Positions 27,421 to 41,345 of a DNA stretch of 64,000 nucleotides are shown one piece after another. The translations under genes and the position numbers were made by a program. This DNA is from Octopus sinensis (lineage: Eukaryota), in NCBI RefSeq assembly GCF_006345805.1, contig NC_043026.1:7564001-7628000 (forward strand), written 5' to 3'. Numbering within the stretch: the stretch's first letter is position 1; every line of letters starts with the position of its first letter. The notes under the pieces were generated by a model. It was given only the letters and a program-made list of their open reading frames with translations. It had not been told where the DNA came from and made no database searches.

Positions 27421-28409
27421 TTAATGTAATTTCCCTATATTTAGCAACAGTATCGCTCGCTCCAGTGTGCCAGCACATTTAAGATGGGATGTTACGAGGC
27501 CCCGTCTCAGTCAAGAGAGGGCAGTAACAATAGAATGGGACAATGGAACATGGAACAGTGTCCACCAGGGGCCACTCAGTTATTAAAAGGGATCCCATTA
27601 GCTGTCTTAATATTTGAAAAAAAAAAACTTCAGATATATTTTGGATAATTTTATATTCTTGGAACAGTAGGGGTGGTCATTTGGATCCAGCAATCAACTC
27701 TTTTCTTCCTCACTTAACAATGTTTTTCACTTTCATGAAAACAATATGTGTGTGTGTATGTATGAGTGTATGTGCTGTGTGAATTGTGTGTAAGGAAACA
27801 CACACATAAACATATACACAAAACAATACATGCACACACACACATATACCCAAGTGCAAACACATGCATATGATTGCATATACACACATACATATGTACC
27901 TAGGCACATACGCACACACATATATAGCTAATGTACATACGCACACACACACACACACACATATATATGTATATATATATATATATATATACATACACAT
28001 ACATGCATGTTCATACAAATACATACATATATATATATACACATACATACCTGTATATAGATACATATATATATATACACACACACACCCATACACATAT
28101 ATATACATGCATATAGACAGACAGCTCTCCAACCTCCCCCCAGCTCCCCCCCTTCCGCAGCCAAATGACAGATAAACAAGTTGGATGAAAGAATAAACAA
28201 AATCTTCTCAGTTGTGTTTAGAGAAGAAATTGAATCCTTAAAATATATTTTCTTGGGAATATGAACTCCCTAATGACTTCTTTTAACCTTTCTGGTACCG
28301 ACCAGACTGGAGCCATTCTCCTCCTGATTCTGTCGTACAAACTTCCGGTCATGAAATAATCTGAATTAAATCTTTCCATTGAAATTAATTTGTTCCAAAC
28401 ACCAGCTTT

Positions 28410-28715
28410 GAAATCTGTTTCTTTTACTTGTTTCAGCCATTGGACTGTGGCCAAGCTGGGGCACTACCTCGAAGAATCTTTTGTTGAACAAATCAACCCC
28501 ATTACTATTTTTTTTTTGCTTTGTAAGCCTGGTGTACTTGCTCTATCAGCCTCTTTTGCTGAATGGCTAAGTTGTAGGGACATAAACACACCAACGCCGG
28601 TTATCAGAGGGTGGTGGAAGACAAACAAAAGACACGCACATGTACACACACATATGCATACATACGAACAAGTAGGGCTTCCTTCAGTTTCCATCTACCA
28701 AATCCACTTCCAAGG
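28410..28715 (-). mobile_element. SINE family A, diverged
   Basis: Reverse complement of the consensus. Confidence 0.75.
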
Positions 28716-28784
28716 CTGTAGTAGGCACTTGCCCTTTTCCTATATTCCTCATTAATTTCAAAATTAATTAAAACAAATGCTGTG

Positions 28785-29105
28785 GAGGAGCACTCCGTTG
28801 GTAACGATGACGAGGGTCCCAACTGATGCGATCAACGGAACAGCTTGCTAATGAAATTAACGTGGCTGAGTACTCCATAGACAAATGTACTGTTAATGTA
28901 GTTCTCAGGGAGATTCAGCATGACACAGAGTGTGACAAGGCTGACCCTTTGAAATACAGGTACTACTCATTTTTGCCAGCTGAGTGGACTGGAGCAACGT
29001 GAAATAAAGTGTCTTGCTCAAGGACACAATGCGTCACCAGGAATTGAACTCATGACCTTACAATTGTGAGCCAAATACCCTAACCACTAAGCCACGTGTC
29101 TTCAC
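28785..29105 (-). mobile_element. SINE family D
   Basis: Minus-strand tRNA-like head GTGGCTTAGTGGTTAGGG...GAGTTCAATTCC plus the shared core. Confidence 0.8.
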
Positions 29106-29510
29106 AAAATGCTGTGTCCTTCAACAGAAATAAGGTAACAAAGAGGTCGATAAGCAATGCTATTTTTACCAGGGCTAATCTGGGGTTAACCTGTTTGATA
29201 GGAATTCATCTGAGATGACCCTTATTTCTGATACAAACTTCCTGTTTTAAAGGGATTGTCATCAAAACCTTCCATCAAGACTCCATGCTAATTTATGTTC
29301 TTATTAACAGATTGATAACCGATTCTGCTATAGACACAAACCCCGAAATTTTGGGGGAGGGTTAAGTTGATTACATTGTCTCAATTGCCCCTGAATGTAA
29401 GACAGGCTAAGTTGGACCTTCGTGGAATTTGAACTCACAACGTAAAGACTGATGAAATGTCACAAAGCATTTTGCCTGTTATGCTAACAATTCTGCCTCC
29501 TCTTCAACCT

Positions 29511-29816
29511 CAGTAATAATAGTAGTAATAATAGTAATAGTAATAGTAATAATAATAATAATAATAGTAATAGTAACAGTAATAATAATAATAATAATAA
29601 TAGTAATAATAATAATAATAGTAATAATAATAATAATAGTAATAGTAATAATAATAATAATAGTAATAATAATAGTAATAATAATAATAATAGTAATAAT
29701 AATAGTAATAATAATAATAATAATAGTAATAATAATAATAGTAATAATAATAATAGTAATAGTAATAATAATAATAATAATAGTAATAATAATAATAGTA
29801 ATAATAATAATAATAA
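29511..29816. repeat. (AAT/AGT)n trinucleotide array
   Basis: Seen directly; source of poly-I/L/Y ORFs. Confidence 0.95.
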
Positions 29817-30253
29817 CAGAAAATGAGAAAGCAACTATAATCTGGGATACACCAATACACACAGATAGAGAAATTAAAGCCAAGAGACCAGATATAGTTG
29901 TCAGAGATCATCAAGAAGAAAAATGCTTTCTAATTGATGTATCAATACTGGCAGATGACAACGTGTCTCTAAAAGAAATGGAGAAACTTTCAAAATACAA
30001 AGACCTGGAAATAGAGGTAACCAGAATGTGGAATCTAAAAGCAGAAACAATTCCTATCATAGTAGGTGCATTAGGCATGATAAAAAAATATTCAGACAAA
30101 TACATAACAAAAACACCAGGACTTACAAACACATATAACATACAGAAAATTGCACTACTAGGCACTGCACACATCCTACGCAAAACACTTTCAATACAGT
30201 GAAAATAAGGGCACCACAACAAACTACAGCACATACCCAAGGCACACAGAGCT
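29816..30253 (+). mobile_element. 5'-truncated R4/Dong-like non-LTR retrotransposon (restriction-like endonuclease C-terminus)
   Basis: TENEKATIIWDTPIHTDREIKAKRPDIVV...FLIDVS...KLSKYKDL...IPIIVGALG...LLGTAHILRKTLSIQ* (stop 30200-30202); PD..D RLE motif. Confidence 0.88.
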
Positions 30254-30509
30254 GAACTTGCAATTGCACACACATACACACACAAAGATATATACATATA
30301 ATATATATGTATATATTTGGGTGTGTATTATTGTGTCTGTGCTTATGACCTACCACTGCTTGATAACTAGTGTTGGTTTGTTCAGATCCCCATAACTTAG
30401 TGATTCAAACAAGTAAAAGAGTGATCCACGTCAACCGAAAACAAAAAATAAGGAAGCCAAAAGCATAGCATCCATTCCAGCCGTCTCTCCCCATTGCATC
30501 AGGGTAGTT

Positions 30510-30705
30510 TACTCTTTTACTTGTTTCAGTCATTTGACTGCGGCCATGCTGGAGCACCACCTTTTAGTCAAGCAACTCGACTCCGGGGCTTATTCTTTTG
30601 TAAGCCTAGTACTTATTCTATCGGTCTCTTTTGCCGAACCGCTAGTGACGGGGACGTAAACACACCAGCATCGGTTGTCAAGCAATGCTAGGGGGATAAA
30701 CACAA

Positions 30706-30736
<31 letters not shown>

Positions 30737-30910
30737 CATATATACGACGGGCTTCTTTCAGTTTCCGCCTACCAAATCCACTCACAAGGCATTGGTCGGC
30801 CCGAGTCTATAGTAGAAGACACTTGCCCAAGGTGCCAGGCAGTGGGACTGAACCCGGAACCATGTGGTTGGTTAGCAAACTACTTACCACACAGCCACTC
30901 CAGCGCCTAT
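30510..30910 (-). mobile_element. SINE family A, full length
   Basis: Reverse complement of the consensus. Confidence 0.9.
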
Positions 30911-31532
30911 AAGTTTGGAAACGTTCATTAAACAGCCAGGGGCCCAAGGGGACCAAAACATAAACCAGGCCGGCATAAACGAGGCTGATAAACATCAAGG
31001 GACAGGACTCCTTGGCAAAGCATTCAGTGACAAAACGACCTTCAATGTAACCCTGCGGATGCTGCACAGATTCACGGCTTCAAAAATGAAACGCCAAATA
31101 AATATGGGTGGACGGGGTGGATATTTTTTCTTTTTATATATGCAACAGGTCGTGGATGGATTTGTGGTTGAAAAGTTTCAAAGTGACAGAAACATTGATA
31201 AGCGAATGAGTCTACATCATGATGTCATTCCAGATAGCGAGGAGAGCACGGGGTGGGGGTGGGGGGTGTAAACATAAAGAGTGTATAATGTATAGTTTGA
31301 TAGATGTATGGACATTTATGCATACATACATACATACACACACACATATATATATATATATATACATTAACATAAATACATATATGTGTGTATATAGTGT
31401 AATAGTGTAATAGTGTATATATATATATATATATATATGCAAATACATGCATTTGTACACACATACACATAAGTATGTACATATATGTATATATATTTAT
31501 ATGTGTGTGTGTGTTCGTATATATATATATAT

Positions 31533-31897
31533 ACTCTTTTACTTGCTTCAGTCATTTGACTGCGGCCATGCTGGTGCACCGCCTTTAATCGAGCAACTCA
31601 ACTTATTCTTTTGTAAGCCCAGTACTTATTCTATCGGTCTCTTTTGCCGAACCGCTAAGTAACGGGGACATAAATACACCAGCATCGGTTGTCAAGCAAT
31701 GCTAGGGGGACAAACACAGACACGTATATATATATATATATACGACGGGCTTCTTTGAGTTTCCGTCTACCAAATCCACTCACAAGGCTTTGGTCGGCCC
31801 GAGGGTATAGTAGAAGACACTTGCCCAAGATGCCACGCAGTGGGACTGAACCCGGTACCATGTGGTTGGTAGACAAGCTACTTACCACACTCCTGCG

Positions 31898-31900
<3 letters not shown>
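31533..31900 (-). mobile_element. SINE family A, near full length
   Basis: Reverse complement of the consensus. Confidence 0.88.
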
Positions 31901-31972
<72 letters not shown>

Positions 31973-33227
31973 CATCATCATCGTTTAACGTCCGTTATAT
32001 CTACATGTATAAGTATATATTATCTATATATGTATAATAGATATACACAGGCACATATATACATGTATATAAATACATATATATTCTCTCTCTTTTTCTC
32101 TTTTACTTGTTTCAGTCATTTGACTGCGGCCATGCTGGAGCGTGTATTTGTATACATATATATATAATTATATATATATATATATGTATAGCCTTTTATT
32201 GTTTTATATGTTTCACCCTTGAGGTTGCGGCCATTCTGGGGCACCATATATATATTACATATATAAGCATACACACACACACAGACACACACACACACAC
32301 ACACATGACTTCTGACAAATCCAAACAAGAATAAAGAAAATCCTGAAAGTCTTTCAATGAAGAAATCCCGAAAAGCAAAACAACCGAAAAATAAAAAAAG
32401 TCAAAACCTCAACCCCACTTAAAATGGATACCCTTAGAAATCAGCCGCAAATATCAAAAACTCCCATAAAACGGGCAGGAAAGAGTAGGAAGGGGCAGAA
32501 ACGGGTGCAGGAAGAAAACATAAAAGCGACCTTTAAAATTTTCTAGATTTGTAAAAGAATCAGTTTGGATCTGTTACAAAAAATAGGGGCTATTGTTCCC
32601 GCGAAATGCTTCCCCTGATCACTGCCAACCTCCCAAAGGGGAACAGAAATTACGAAGGGAACAATTACAACGTGTGTGTTTTTTTTTTTTAATTTTCAAT
32701 TCCCTGCTGGGGCTAGATGTAAATACATGGAGAGGATGAGTAATACAACACCCAGGGGCCGTACACAAGGAAATAACAGCCCCGGATTATGTCGATCTGA
32801 AGGAAGATGTAATTGCAGCCCTTGATGAAATGATTGTAAACCGAGGAGCAGGGCTTCGGATTTTGTAAGAGAGGGTGCTCAGCTACTACGATATTGGTCT
32901 AGGGAGCTCCCCCTAAAAATATCATAGCCCCGTTCAATTTCAAAAGCATCCCCCTTTTCTCTTTTCCCCATTGTACAATAAAAGAATGTGATGTTTTCTG
33001 AATTATAAACTTTCTATTGTGGACCCTAAGAAGGGTTAGGGTTACTTTGCCTAAATAATGTGTGTGTTTGTACATGTATACATCTGTATGCATGTATGTG
33101 TAGGTATGTGTGCATCTGATTATATGTATGCGTTTGTGCATGTAAGTATGTATGTATCTATGTAAGTGTGTATATATGTGTTTGTGTGTGTGTATCTTTG
33201 TACACGCACCACGCATACACATATGTA

Positions 33228-34840
33228 CAGAGGTGGGCACCGTTAATCGAAAAGTTAACTTCGTTAACCGTTAATCCATTAGCCGTAAAGTTAACTTCAT
33301 TAATCATTAATTCTTTGAAAATGTAACGGAAGTTAACGTTAATCCGTTAACGCCAGCTTTTTTTTATAGAAAAAAAAACAGCTATAGTTTAATACCCCAC
33401 CGACTTTGTTGCCTCATAACTTCCAGAAAAATTGATTCTTTTTAACGAAACTTTCACCAAATAATAGTTTATATCCTGTAGATTGACTGCGTGTAAAGAT
33501 TTGTTGCAAAAAGAATTTTCCGAGGGTTTGGGGAGAGGAATTTCGGAAAATTCATAGGACCCGACATTTCCCCCTTATAATTTTATGGAAAATAGGTATT
33601 TTTTTAATGAAATTTTATGCAAATAGCTTTGAAACGTTGTAGATAATGATTACAAAGAAGTTTGTAGACAAAATTTTTAGAAGGGGGCAGAGGAGTTTCT
33701 GGAAAATGGAGTTTCGTATCAGATGGTCCACATAAGTTGGAATTTCTCCGTTTTGACGAGGATTTTGTCAGTGGGTGCTTTAAATACCATTGATTTATAG
33801 TTATGTAATTTTAGCTGATCTTGCTGAGTAAATTTGACTCTTATGGAAAAGTAAATTTAATTAACAGGTGTAAAAGCAGTAAGATTATGGATAAACACTA
33901 AAATTGGAATTCTTAATGCATCTTACCTGTTTGATTTATTATTAAAATTATCCCAGACGGCAACCGACAAAAATTTTACCACTTTTCAAGATGAGGTACA
34001 TTAATTTGAACTATTTAAAATACAGGTATAATCAGTACGGGATTTTTTTCTGTCGGTAAATATTTCGTACCTCGGTGTGTAATAATCTTTTTCCAGTTTT
34101 TTGGGGGTGGGTGGGGGTGGGGGTGCATTCAGCATAGATGACCCCCAGACCCGCCGCAAATTACTTTTTTCTGGAAAAGAAAGGTGAGAGGGGTGGTGGA
34201 GACATCAATCACTGCTCCCTCTTGCCAGGACAAAGAAATTTCCCACTGCCTTTGCAAGCAACAAGCGGGTGGATTTGGTTTCAAATCTAGGCAGGACTAA
34301 ACGAGGTCCCACAAGTTATTTATAATAAGTGGCGTTATATCGGGGTTGAAAGAAGGACGCGTACAGTATTTCAAATATGCTAAGACAATCTGAAAACAAT
34401 AGAAAACTTTAAACATTTACCGGGTTTATGAAATGTTGGGGTTAACGGGCTTGAGTTAACGGAAGCTATGTGTAACGGAAGGCGGCGAACTGGCAGAAAC
34501 GTTAGCACGTCGGGCGAAATGCGTAGCCGTATTTCATCTGCCGTTACGTTGTGAATTCAAATTCCGCCGAGGTCGACTTTACCTTTCATCCTTTCGGGGT
34601 CGATAAATTAAGTACCAGTTACGCACTGGGGTCCATGTAATCGACTTAATACCTATGTCTGTTCTTGTTTGTCCCCTCTATGTTTAGCCCCTTGTGGGCA
34701 ATAAAGAAATAGCTATATGTAACGGAAGTTAATTAGTCCGATAATGATTTTCATACTTAACCTAAAAGCTAAATCTTTAACAAAAATACTAACTTCGTTA
34801 AATAACGATTCACGGATTAACGGACTTACGCCCAGCTCTG
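33228..34840. mobile_element. Non-autonomous hAT-like DNA transposon (about 1.6 kb) with a nested SINE
   Basis: Termini CAGAGGTGGGC...CCGTTAATC and GATTAACGG...GCCCAGCTCTG; flanks CATATGTA / CATATACA (6 of 8 match); clustered subterminal GTTAAC/TAACG motifs at both ends. Confidence 0.7.
34482..34711 (+). mobile_element. SINE family C with 17-bp TSD, inserted into the hAT-like element
   Basis: GCTATGTGTAACGGAAG (34465-34481) and GCTATATGTAACGGAAG (34712-34728). Confidence 0.92.
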
Positions 34841-35057
34841 CATATACATATATATGTATGCATGTATATTTATAGTTGGTAGAAAAAAATATCAAACCTG
34901 AACATGAAGACAAGGTAAAGAAACTTTTTTTATATTTTGTGCATAAGCTCTTGTGCAGAAAGAGAGGAGAAAACACTGGACAGAGAAAAGAACCAGCAGG
35001 TCTCAATTAGACAGTCGCCACATGTGTGTGTTTGTACATGCGTGTGTGTGTATGTGA

Positions 35058-35101
<44 letters not shown>

Positions 35102-35449
35102 GCACGTTCACTTTCAGTGTTCGTTGCGTATTTGGTTTGAGTAACCCATATACACACACACGTACGTACGTACGCACGTACATACATACATATATAATAT
35201 ATAGATATATTAAAGTAATAAAAGTTAATGCCTGGTCGTAGTGTGACCAATGGTTCCGTATCCACGAAGGCTTATAGTTTCGTGAACTACTCATCAGGCT
35301 CCGGTCAGAAGACGAATTAAACTCTTCTCCTGTGGGAGGTGGAAAGCTGTTACGGTTAAATTTGTCTTCGGACAAGAGCAGTAATTCCCAACCTGTGGTC
35401 TCTGCATTCCTGCTGGTCTGGGAACCAAATTCAAAATTTCATATATATG

Positions 35450-35840
35450 TAGTCGCAGGAGTGGCTGTGTGGTAAGTAGCTTGTTTACCAACCACATGGT
35501 TCCGGGTTCAGTCCCACTGCGTGGCACCTTGGGAAAGTGTCTTCTACTATAGCCTCAGGCTGACCAAAGCCTTGTGAGTGGATTTGGTAGACGGAAACTG
35601 AAAGAAGCCCGTCGTATATACGTATATATATGCATGTGTGTGTGTGTGTCTGTGTTTGTCCCCCTAGCATTGCTTGACAACTGATGCTGGTGTGTTTATG
35701 TTCCCGTTACTTAGCGGTTCGGCAAAAGAGACCGATAGAATAAGTACTGGGCTTACAAAGAATAAGTCCCGGGGTCGATTTACTCGACTAAAGGCGGTGC
35801 TCCAACATGGCCGCAGTCAAATGACTGAAACAAGTAACAG
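35450..35840 (+). mobile_element. SINE family A, full length
   Basis: Matches the consensus. Confidence 0.9.
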
Positions 35841-35849
35841 AGTATATAT

Positions 35850-36045
35850 ACTTAGTCCAAACATGAACAAAGAGAAAACACAACAACGCGAGGACGTGGA
35901 ACAAGTATAGTGTTATTGGACGCTCAGGAAAGGAAAGAAAGAAAGAGGGGAATAAACGTTTCGAGCGGAGCTCTTCGTCAGGAACATAGAAAAGGGAAAG
36001 GTCCAAGGAAGGGAAGACGGAGAAAGAAAACCGCCAACGATACAT
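35850..36045 (-). mobile_element. Penelope-like terminal repeat fragment
   Basis: Carries CTGACGAAGAGCTCCGCTCGAAACGTT on minus; a related inverse copy is at 49570-49680. Confidence 0.55.
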
Positions 36046-36131
36046 ATGTAACTGTTAAAGAGGACAATAAACCTTAAGGCAAGGCAAACACCTCAAGTCG
36101 TATACATTATTATTACTGGAAAAAATTCAAA

Positions 36132-36187
36132 GTCTTACAGCTGTTTCTAGGATGTCCCAGAGTATGGGATATTCCGTCATCAGAGAC
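36132..36187 (-). ncRNA. Minimal type I hammerhead ribozyme motif
   Basis: GTCT-CTGATGA-[stem II ATATCCCA/TGGGACAT]-GAAAC-AGCT-GTA-AGAC: complete core, GUA triplet, stem I GTCT/AGAC, palindromic stem III ACAGCTGT. Confidence 0.7.
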
Positions 36188-36262
36188 AAATAGGGAAAAT
36201 GAGAAGGGCTTATATATATATATCTATATATATATATATATATATCTATATATATATATATA

Positions 36263-36662
36263 TAGGCGCAGGAGTGGCTGTGTGGTAAGTAGCTTGTTTA
36301 CCAACCACATGGTTCCGGGTTCAGTCCCACTGCGTGGCATCTTGGGCAAGTGTCTTCTACAATAGCCTCGGACCGACCGAAGCCTTGTGAGTGGATTTGG
36401 TAGACGGAAACTGAAAGAACCCCGTCGTATATATATGCATGTGTGTGTGTGTGTGTCTGTGTTTGTCCCCCTAGCATTGCTTGACAACCGATGCTGGTGT
36501 GTTTATGTCCCAGTTACTTAGTGGTTCGGCAAAAGAGACCGATAGAATAAGTACTGGGCTTACAAAAGAATAAGTCCCGGGGTCGAGTTGCTCGACTAAA
36601 GGCGGTACTCCAGCATGGCCGCAGTCAAATGACTGAAACAAGTAAAAGAGTAAAAGAGAGTA
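36263..36662 (+). mobile_element. SINE family A, full length
   Basis: Matches the consensus. Confidence 0.92.
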
Positions 36663-37043
36663 AAGAATATATTAGTGAGATGACGACATAGAATAAGGAG
36701 ATAGAAAGAAAGAAGCAGAAGCATAAAGTTCATAGATCAACTTTTCGTGTATCTATATCAATGATGGTTTATAATCATTCAAAAGGAAGTAAGAAAATGG
36801 AGATATAGCATTAAATAAATTCATTATCTGCTAAAATCGAACTGGCAGTTTTACGCTGCGTGAAAAAACTGCCTGTTGAAGGCAGTTTGTCTTGTGTTTA
36901 AATGTTGAGAATATGTTGTCTATTGCTAAGACAGTGGGAGTGAAATTTCTAAAACAAAACTCGCTACCCTATATTTTACGTGTGTATATAATACAACATA
37001 CATACATACATACATACATACATACATACATACATACATACAT

Positions 37044-37086
<43 letters not shown>

Positions 37087-37433
37087 CTATATATATATAT
37101 ATGCGTACATATATATATATATTATATATATATTATATATATATAATATATATAATATATATATATTATTATTATATATATATATATATATATGATTGAT
37201 TGATTGATTCTTCTAGTTTCAGCTCATGAGCTGTGGCATTATATATATTTTATTTAAGCAGCAGAAAAATCAACAAACCTGTTACTCTGAGTTTCACGAT
37301 TCCGTTCGTCGGACAGTTTTTTCCACTTTGTTTCACATTTATGTGTTTACTCCGGTATATATATATATATCATACATATATATATATTATATATATATAT
37401 ATATATATAATATATATATAGTATATTATATAT

Positions 37434-37476
<43 letters not shown>

Positions 37477-37778
37477 GCGTATATGGGTTACAGGATGTCA
37501 CCAACAGTTCAAACAACATGATATACGTAAACAACAAGCAAAAAATGGAAAACAGGACAAGTTAACCAAGAAAAAAGACCCTTCATCAGTTGTCGGTTGT
37601 CTATCTATTCCACATTTCAAACACTGAATGACAATATGAGTGTTCAAAGACAGTTGCTCCCATAAATTCTAAAACAAAATTTAGGATTTATGGGGGTCAA
37701 AGCTGGGAACAAAAACAGAACATTGGAGACATACAAGGAAACCGAACGAAAACAAGCATGGAGGGTGTATGTGTGGGG

Positions 37779-37878
37779 NNNNNNNNNNNNNNNNNNNNNN
37801 NNNNNNNNNNNNNNNNNNNNNNNNNNNNNNNNNNNNNNNNNNNNNNNNNNNNNNNNNNNNNNNNNNNNNNNNNNNNNN
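37779..37878. other. Assembly gap (100 N)
   Basis: Run of exactly 100 N, typical of a gap of unknown size. Confidence 0.99.
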
Positions 37879-38677
37879 TACATATGTATGTTGTGTATGT
37901 ATGTGTGTTTGTGCTTTCGTATATGTTAATATATATTTATACACACATACACAGACGCTCGCACGCACACACACACACACACACACACATGTATGTGTAC
38001 ACCTAAAGGCGGTCAGCTGGTTGAATTGCTACCACAGCAAGCCAAACGCTTGATGGAAATTCCGTCCGAGGTCGACTTTGCCTTTCATTCTTTCGGGATC
38101 GATGAAACGAATACAAGTTGAGTGCCAGAGTGCTACACGTATTATCATTAAAGGCACAAAACTGAGGATTAACATTCGGTTGATAACTGATGAAGAATTA
38201 CGGCCTTATATATATACCTACGTATACGACGGGCTTCTTTCAGTTTCCGTCCACCACATCCACTCACAAGGCTTTGGTCGGCCCGAAGCTATAGTAGAAG
38301 ACATTTGCCCAAGGTGCCACACAGTGGGACTGAACCCAGAACCATGTGGTTAGTATGCAAGCTACCTACCGCACAGCCACACACACACACATGTGAGTGT
38401 GTGTGTGTGTGTGTGTTTAGCTTTGGGTGCTGCAATCGTGATCGTATGGTTGTGGTTTCGATTCCTGGACAGGGGAGTCACATTGTGTTCTTGAGCAAGA
38501 CACTTCATTTCACATTGCTCCATTCCACTCAGCTGACAAAAGTGAGTCATCCTACGACGGAGTGGCGTCCTATCCAGGGGCCTGTATGTGTCCCACAGAA
38601 ACCGGGGAACCAGTCCCATGAGTCTATACGACTCGGGAAGGATCTTCGGCCCTTTTTATGTATCCATGTCGTAGAGT

Positions 38678-39000
38678 GAAGGCGCGTGGCTTAGCGGTTA
38701 GGGTGTTCTGTTCGCGATCATAAGGTTGCGAGTTCGATTCCCAGTGGCACATCGTGTCCTTGAGCAATATACTTTATCTCACATTGCTTCAGTCCACTCA
38801 ACTGCCAAAAATGAGTTGTACCTTTAATTCACAAGGGTCAACCTTGTCACACTCTGTATCACGCTGAATTTCCCCGAGAACTACGTTAAGGGTACACGTG
38901 TCTGTGGAGTGCTCAGCCACTTGCGTGTTAATTTCACGAGCAAGCTGTTCCGTTGATCGGATCAACTGGAAACCTGGTCGTCGCAACCGACGGAGTGCCG
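38678..39000 (+). mobile_element. SINE family D
   Basis: Head GCGTGGCTTAGCGGTTAGGG...GAGTTCGATTCCC plus the shared core in reverse of 19338. Confidence 0.82.
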
Positions 39001-39719
39001 GATGTCGTGGATATGACTTTAAACTGCATCAAGGAGCGGGGCCTTGGTTCGAGAGTTCGAAGCTTTTGAGGAGCGTGGGACCGTCTTTTAGCCACTGTCG
39101 TTCCCTGGCCTACTCTGATCTGGAGTAGCAGCTTGTGTTAGGGCCCCAGCTATGAAACCCTGGCATATAAATGCACCAGTTTTGGTGCTTTCGAGGAGAG
39201 GGACATTCTGATGGAAAATCTGTGGTTTCACGTGATTACTGGTCATCTCGCTTCGGCCTATCACTAAGTACTGATCAGGAAGTTTCAGAGAGTGACATTC
39301 TTGTTGTACAAGTCTTTATCCCTGTAGTGCAGATGTCTCTCTTTATGATGACAGCACTTGCCATTCCAACGGCTGAAAGTTCTATGGCGAAAGAAGAATG
39401 GCGGCGTGTGCAGACTCAACCAGTTGGAAACCAGGCAGATCTGTAGCGAAACTGAATATCATCGGAGAGGTCAAGAATGGAATATCAGGAGTGCCATTTC
39501 CAACGACGTGGCACAAACAGACAACAGTCATCTGTGAAGATGATGCTGTGGTTTTCATCCAATTTTTAATCTATGGACACCTTTGATTACTGTTTTATTC
39601 TGGTGTCCGCCATCATAGACATTTGATGTTTCAGAACTATCGCTGTATTTCGGGACCGTCATTTTTTCCCAAATAAACACACGCGTTATATATTTGTTCT
39701 TCACTCGTTTTTTACTGTT

Positions 39720-40258
39720 CTTATGTATATACATGGGTATATACATAAGAAAGAGTATGGCCTGGTCAGCCTGTAATGACATGCATAAGATCTGGTCATC
39801 AAATCTAAGTAGAGACTTGAAATCTTCAAAGCCACAGTCGAACCAATTCTACTATATGGCTCAGAAACCTGGACGTTATCAAAGAAGCCTGAGAGGCGGT
39901 TGGATGGAACCTACACTCGCCTCCTTATGAGAGCTCAAAATCTCTCGTGGAAGCGCCATCCAACCAAAATGCAAATAAATGGGAAACTACCACCTGTGTC
40001 ATCTCTTGTGAAAGATAGGAGAGTCCAGTTTGCTGGATATTGTTGTAGAGCTGAAAAGGAGGTAATTTCTACTCTTCTCCTCTGGAAGCCATCTACTCGC
40101 AATACCAGAGGGCGCACACTCTCCTACCCTGATGTAATCTCCAGGGATACAGGCATCCAGCAACAGGACCTCCATAATGCCATGATGGACCGTGAAGTCT
40201 GGCGTAGCATGGTAAATTCCATTGTCTCGACCACGCTCGAACAATGATGATGATGATG
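39720..40258 (+). mobile_element. 3' fragment of a second RTE/RTEX-type LINE with (TGA)n tail
   Basis: AWSACNDMHKIWSSNLSRDLK, frameshift, KATVEPILLYGSETWTLSKK..RLDGTYTRLLMRAQNLSWKRHPT...RRVQFAGYC...MDREVWRSMV. Confidence 0.85.
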
Positions 40259-40662
40259 ACTATTGTTTTTTTTTCAAATTTCAACACATGTCCATCGTCC
40301 TGAAATCTGTCGTCACACACCTGTGGCCTCTCCAGCGACACCTGTCGTTTTCGTGTGCTCTTGCTCCTACACATATGTCTTTTAAAATTCCTATTTTGTT
40401 CGTCGCACATTCATTTGTCTGGGTTAGAGAAAGAAATCGAGCTGGTTTCTTGCAAAAAATCCATCTAGAGCAATTTTTTCTCATGTACCCATAAAATGAT
40501 GCTGTGGACCCAGTTTTCTATTTTGCTTATGTGGACCCCACACCCAACATCTTCTATAGAGCCCCAGGGGTCCGTATAAGATTTTGTGAACCACTGAGAT
40601 GAAGTAATCACCATGTATGTACATATGTGGGTGTTCTTAGCCACACAACGATGTAGACAAAC

Positions 40663-41345
<683 letters not shown>

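Noticed and set aside
33915-33990. Minus-strand CAG|GTAAGA donor as possible TIKI exon 1
   Set aside because: The phase-0 frame has stops just upstream, and the site lies inside the hAT-like element.
13485-38760. Functional tRNA genes at SINE heads
   Set aside because: Box A and B motifs are present but no complete cloverleaf, and each continues into a SINE body.
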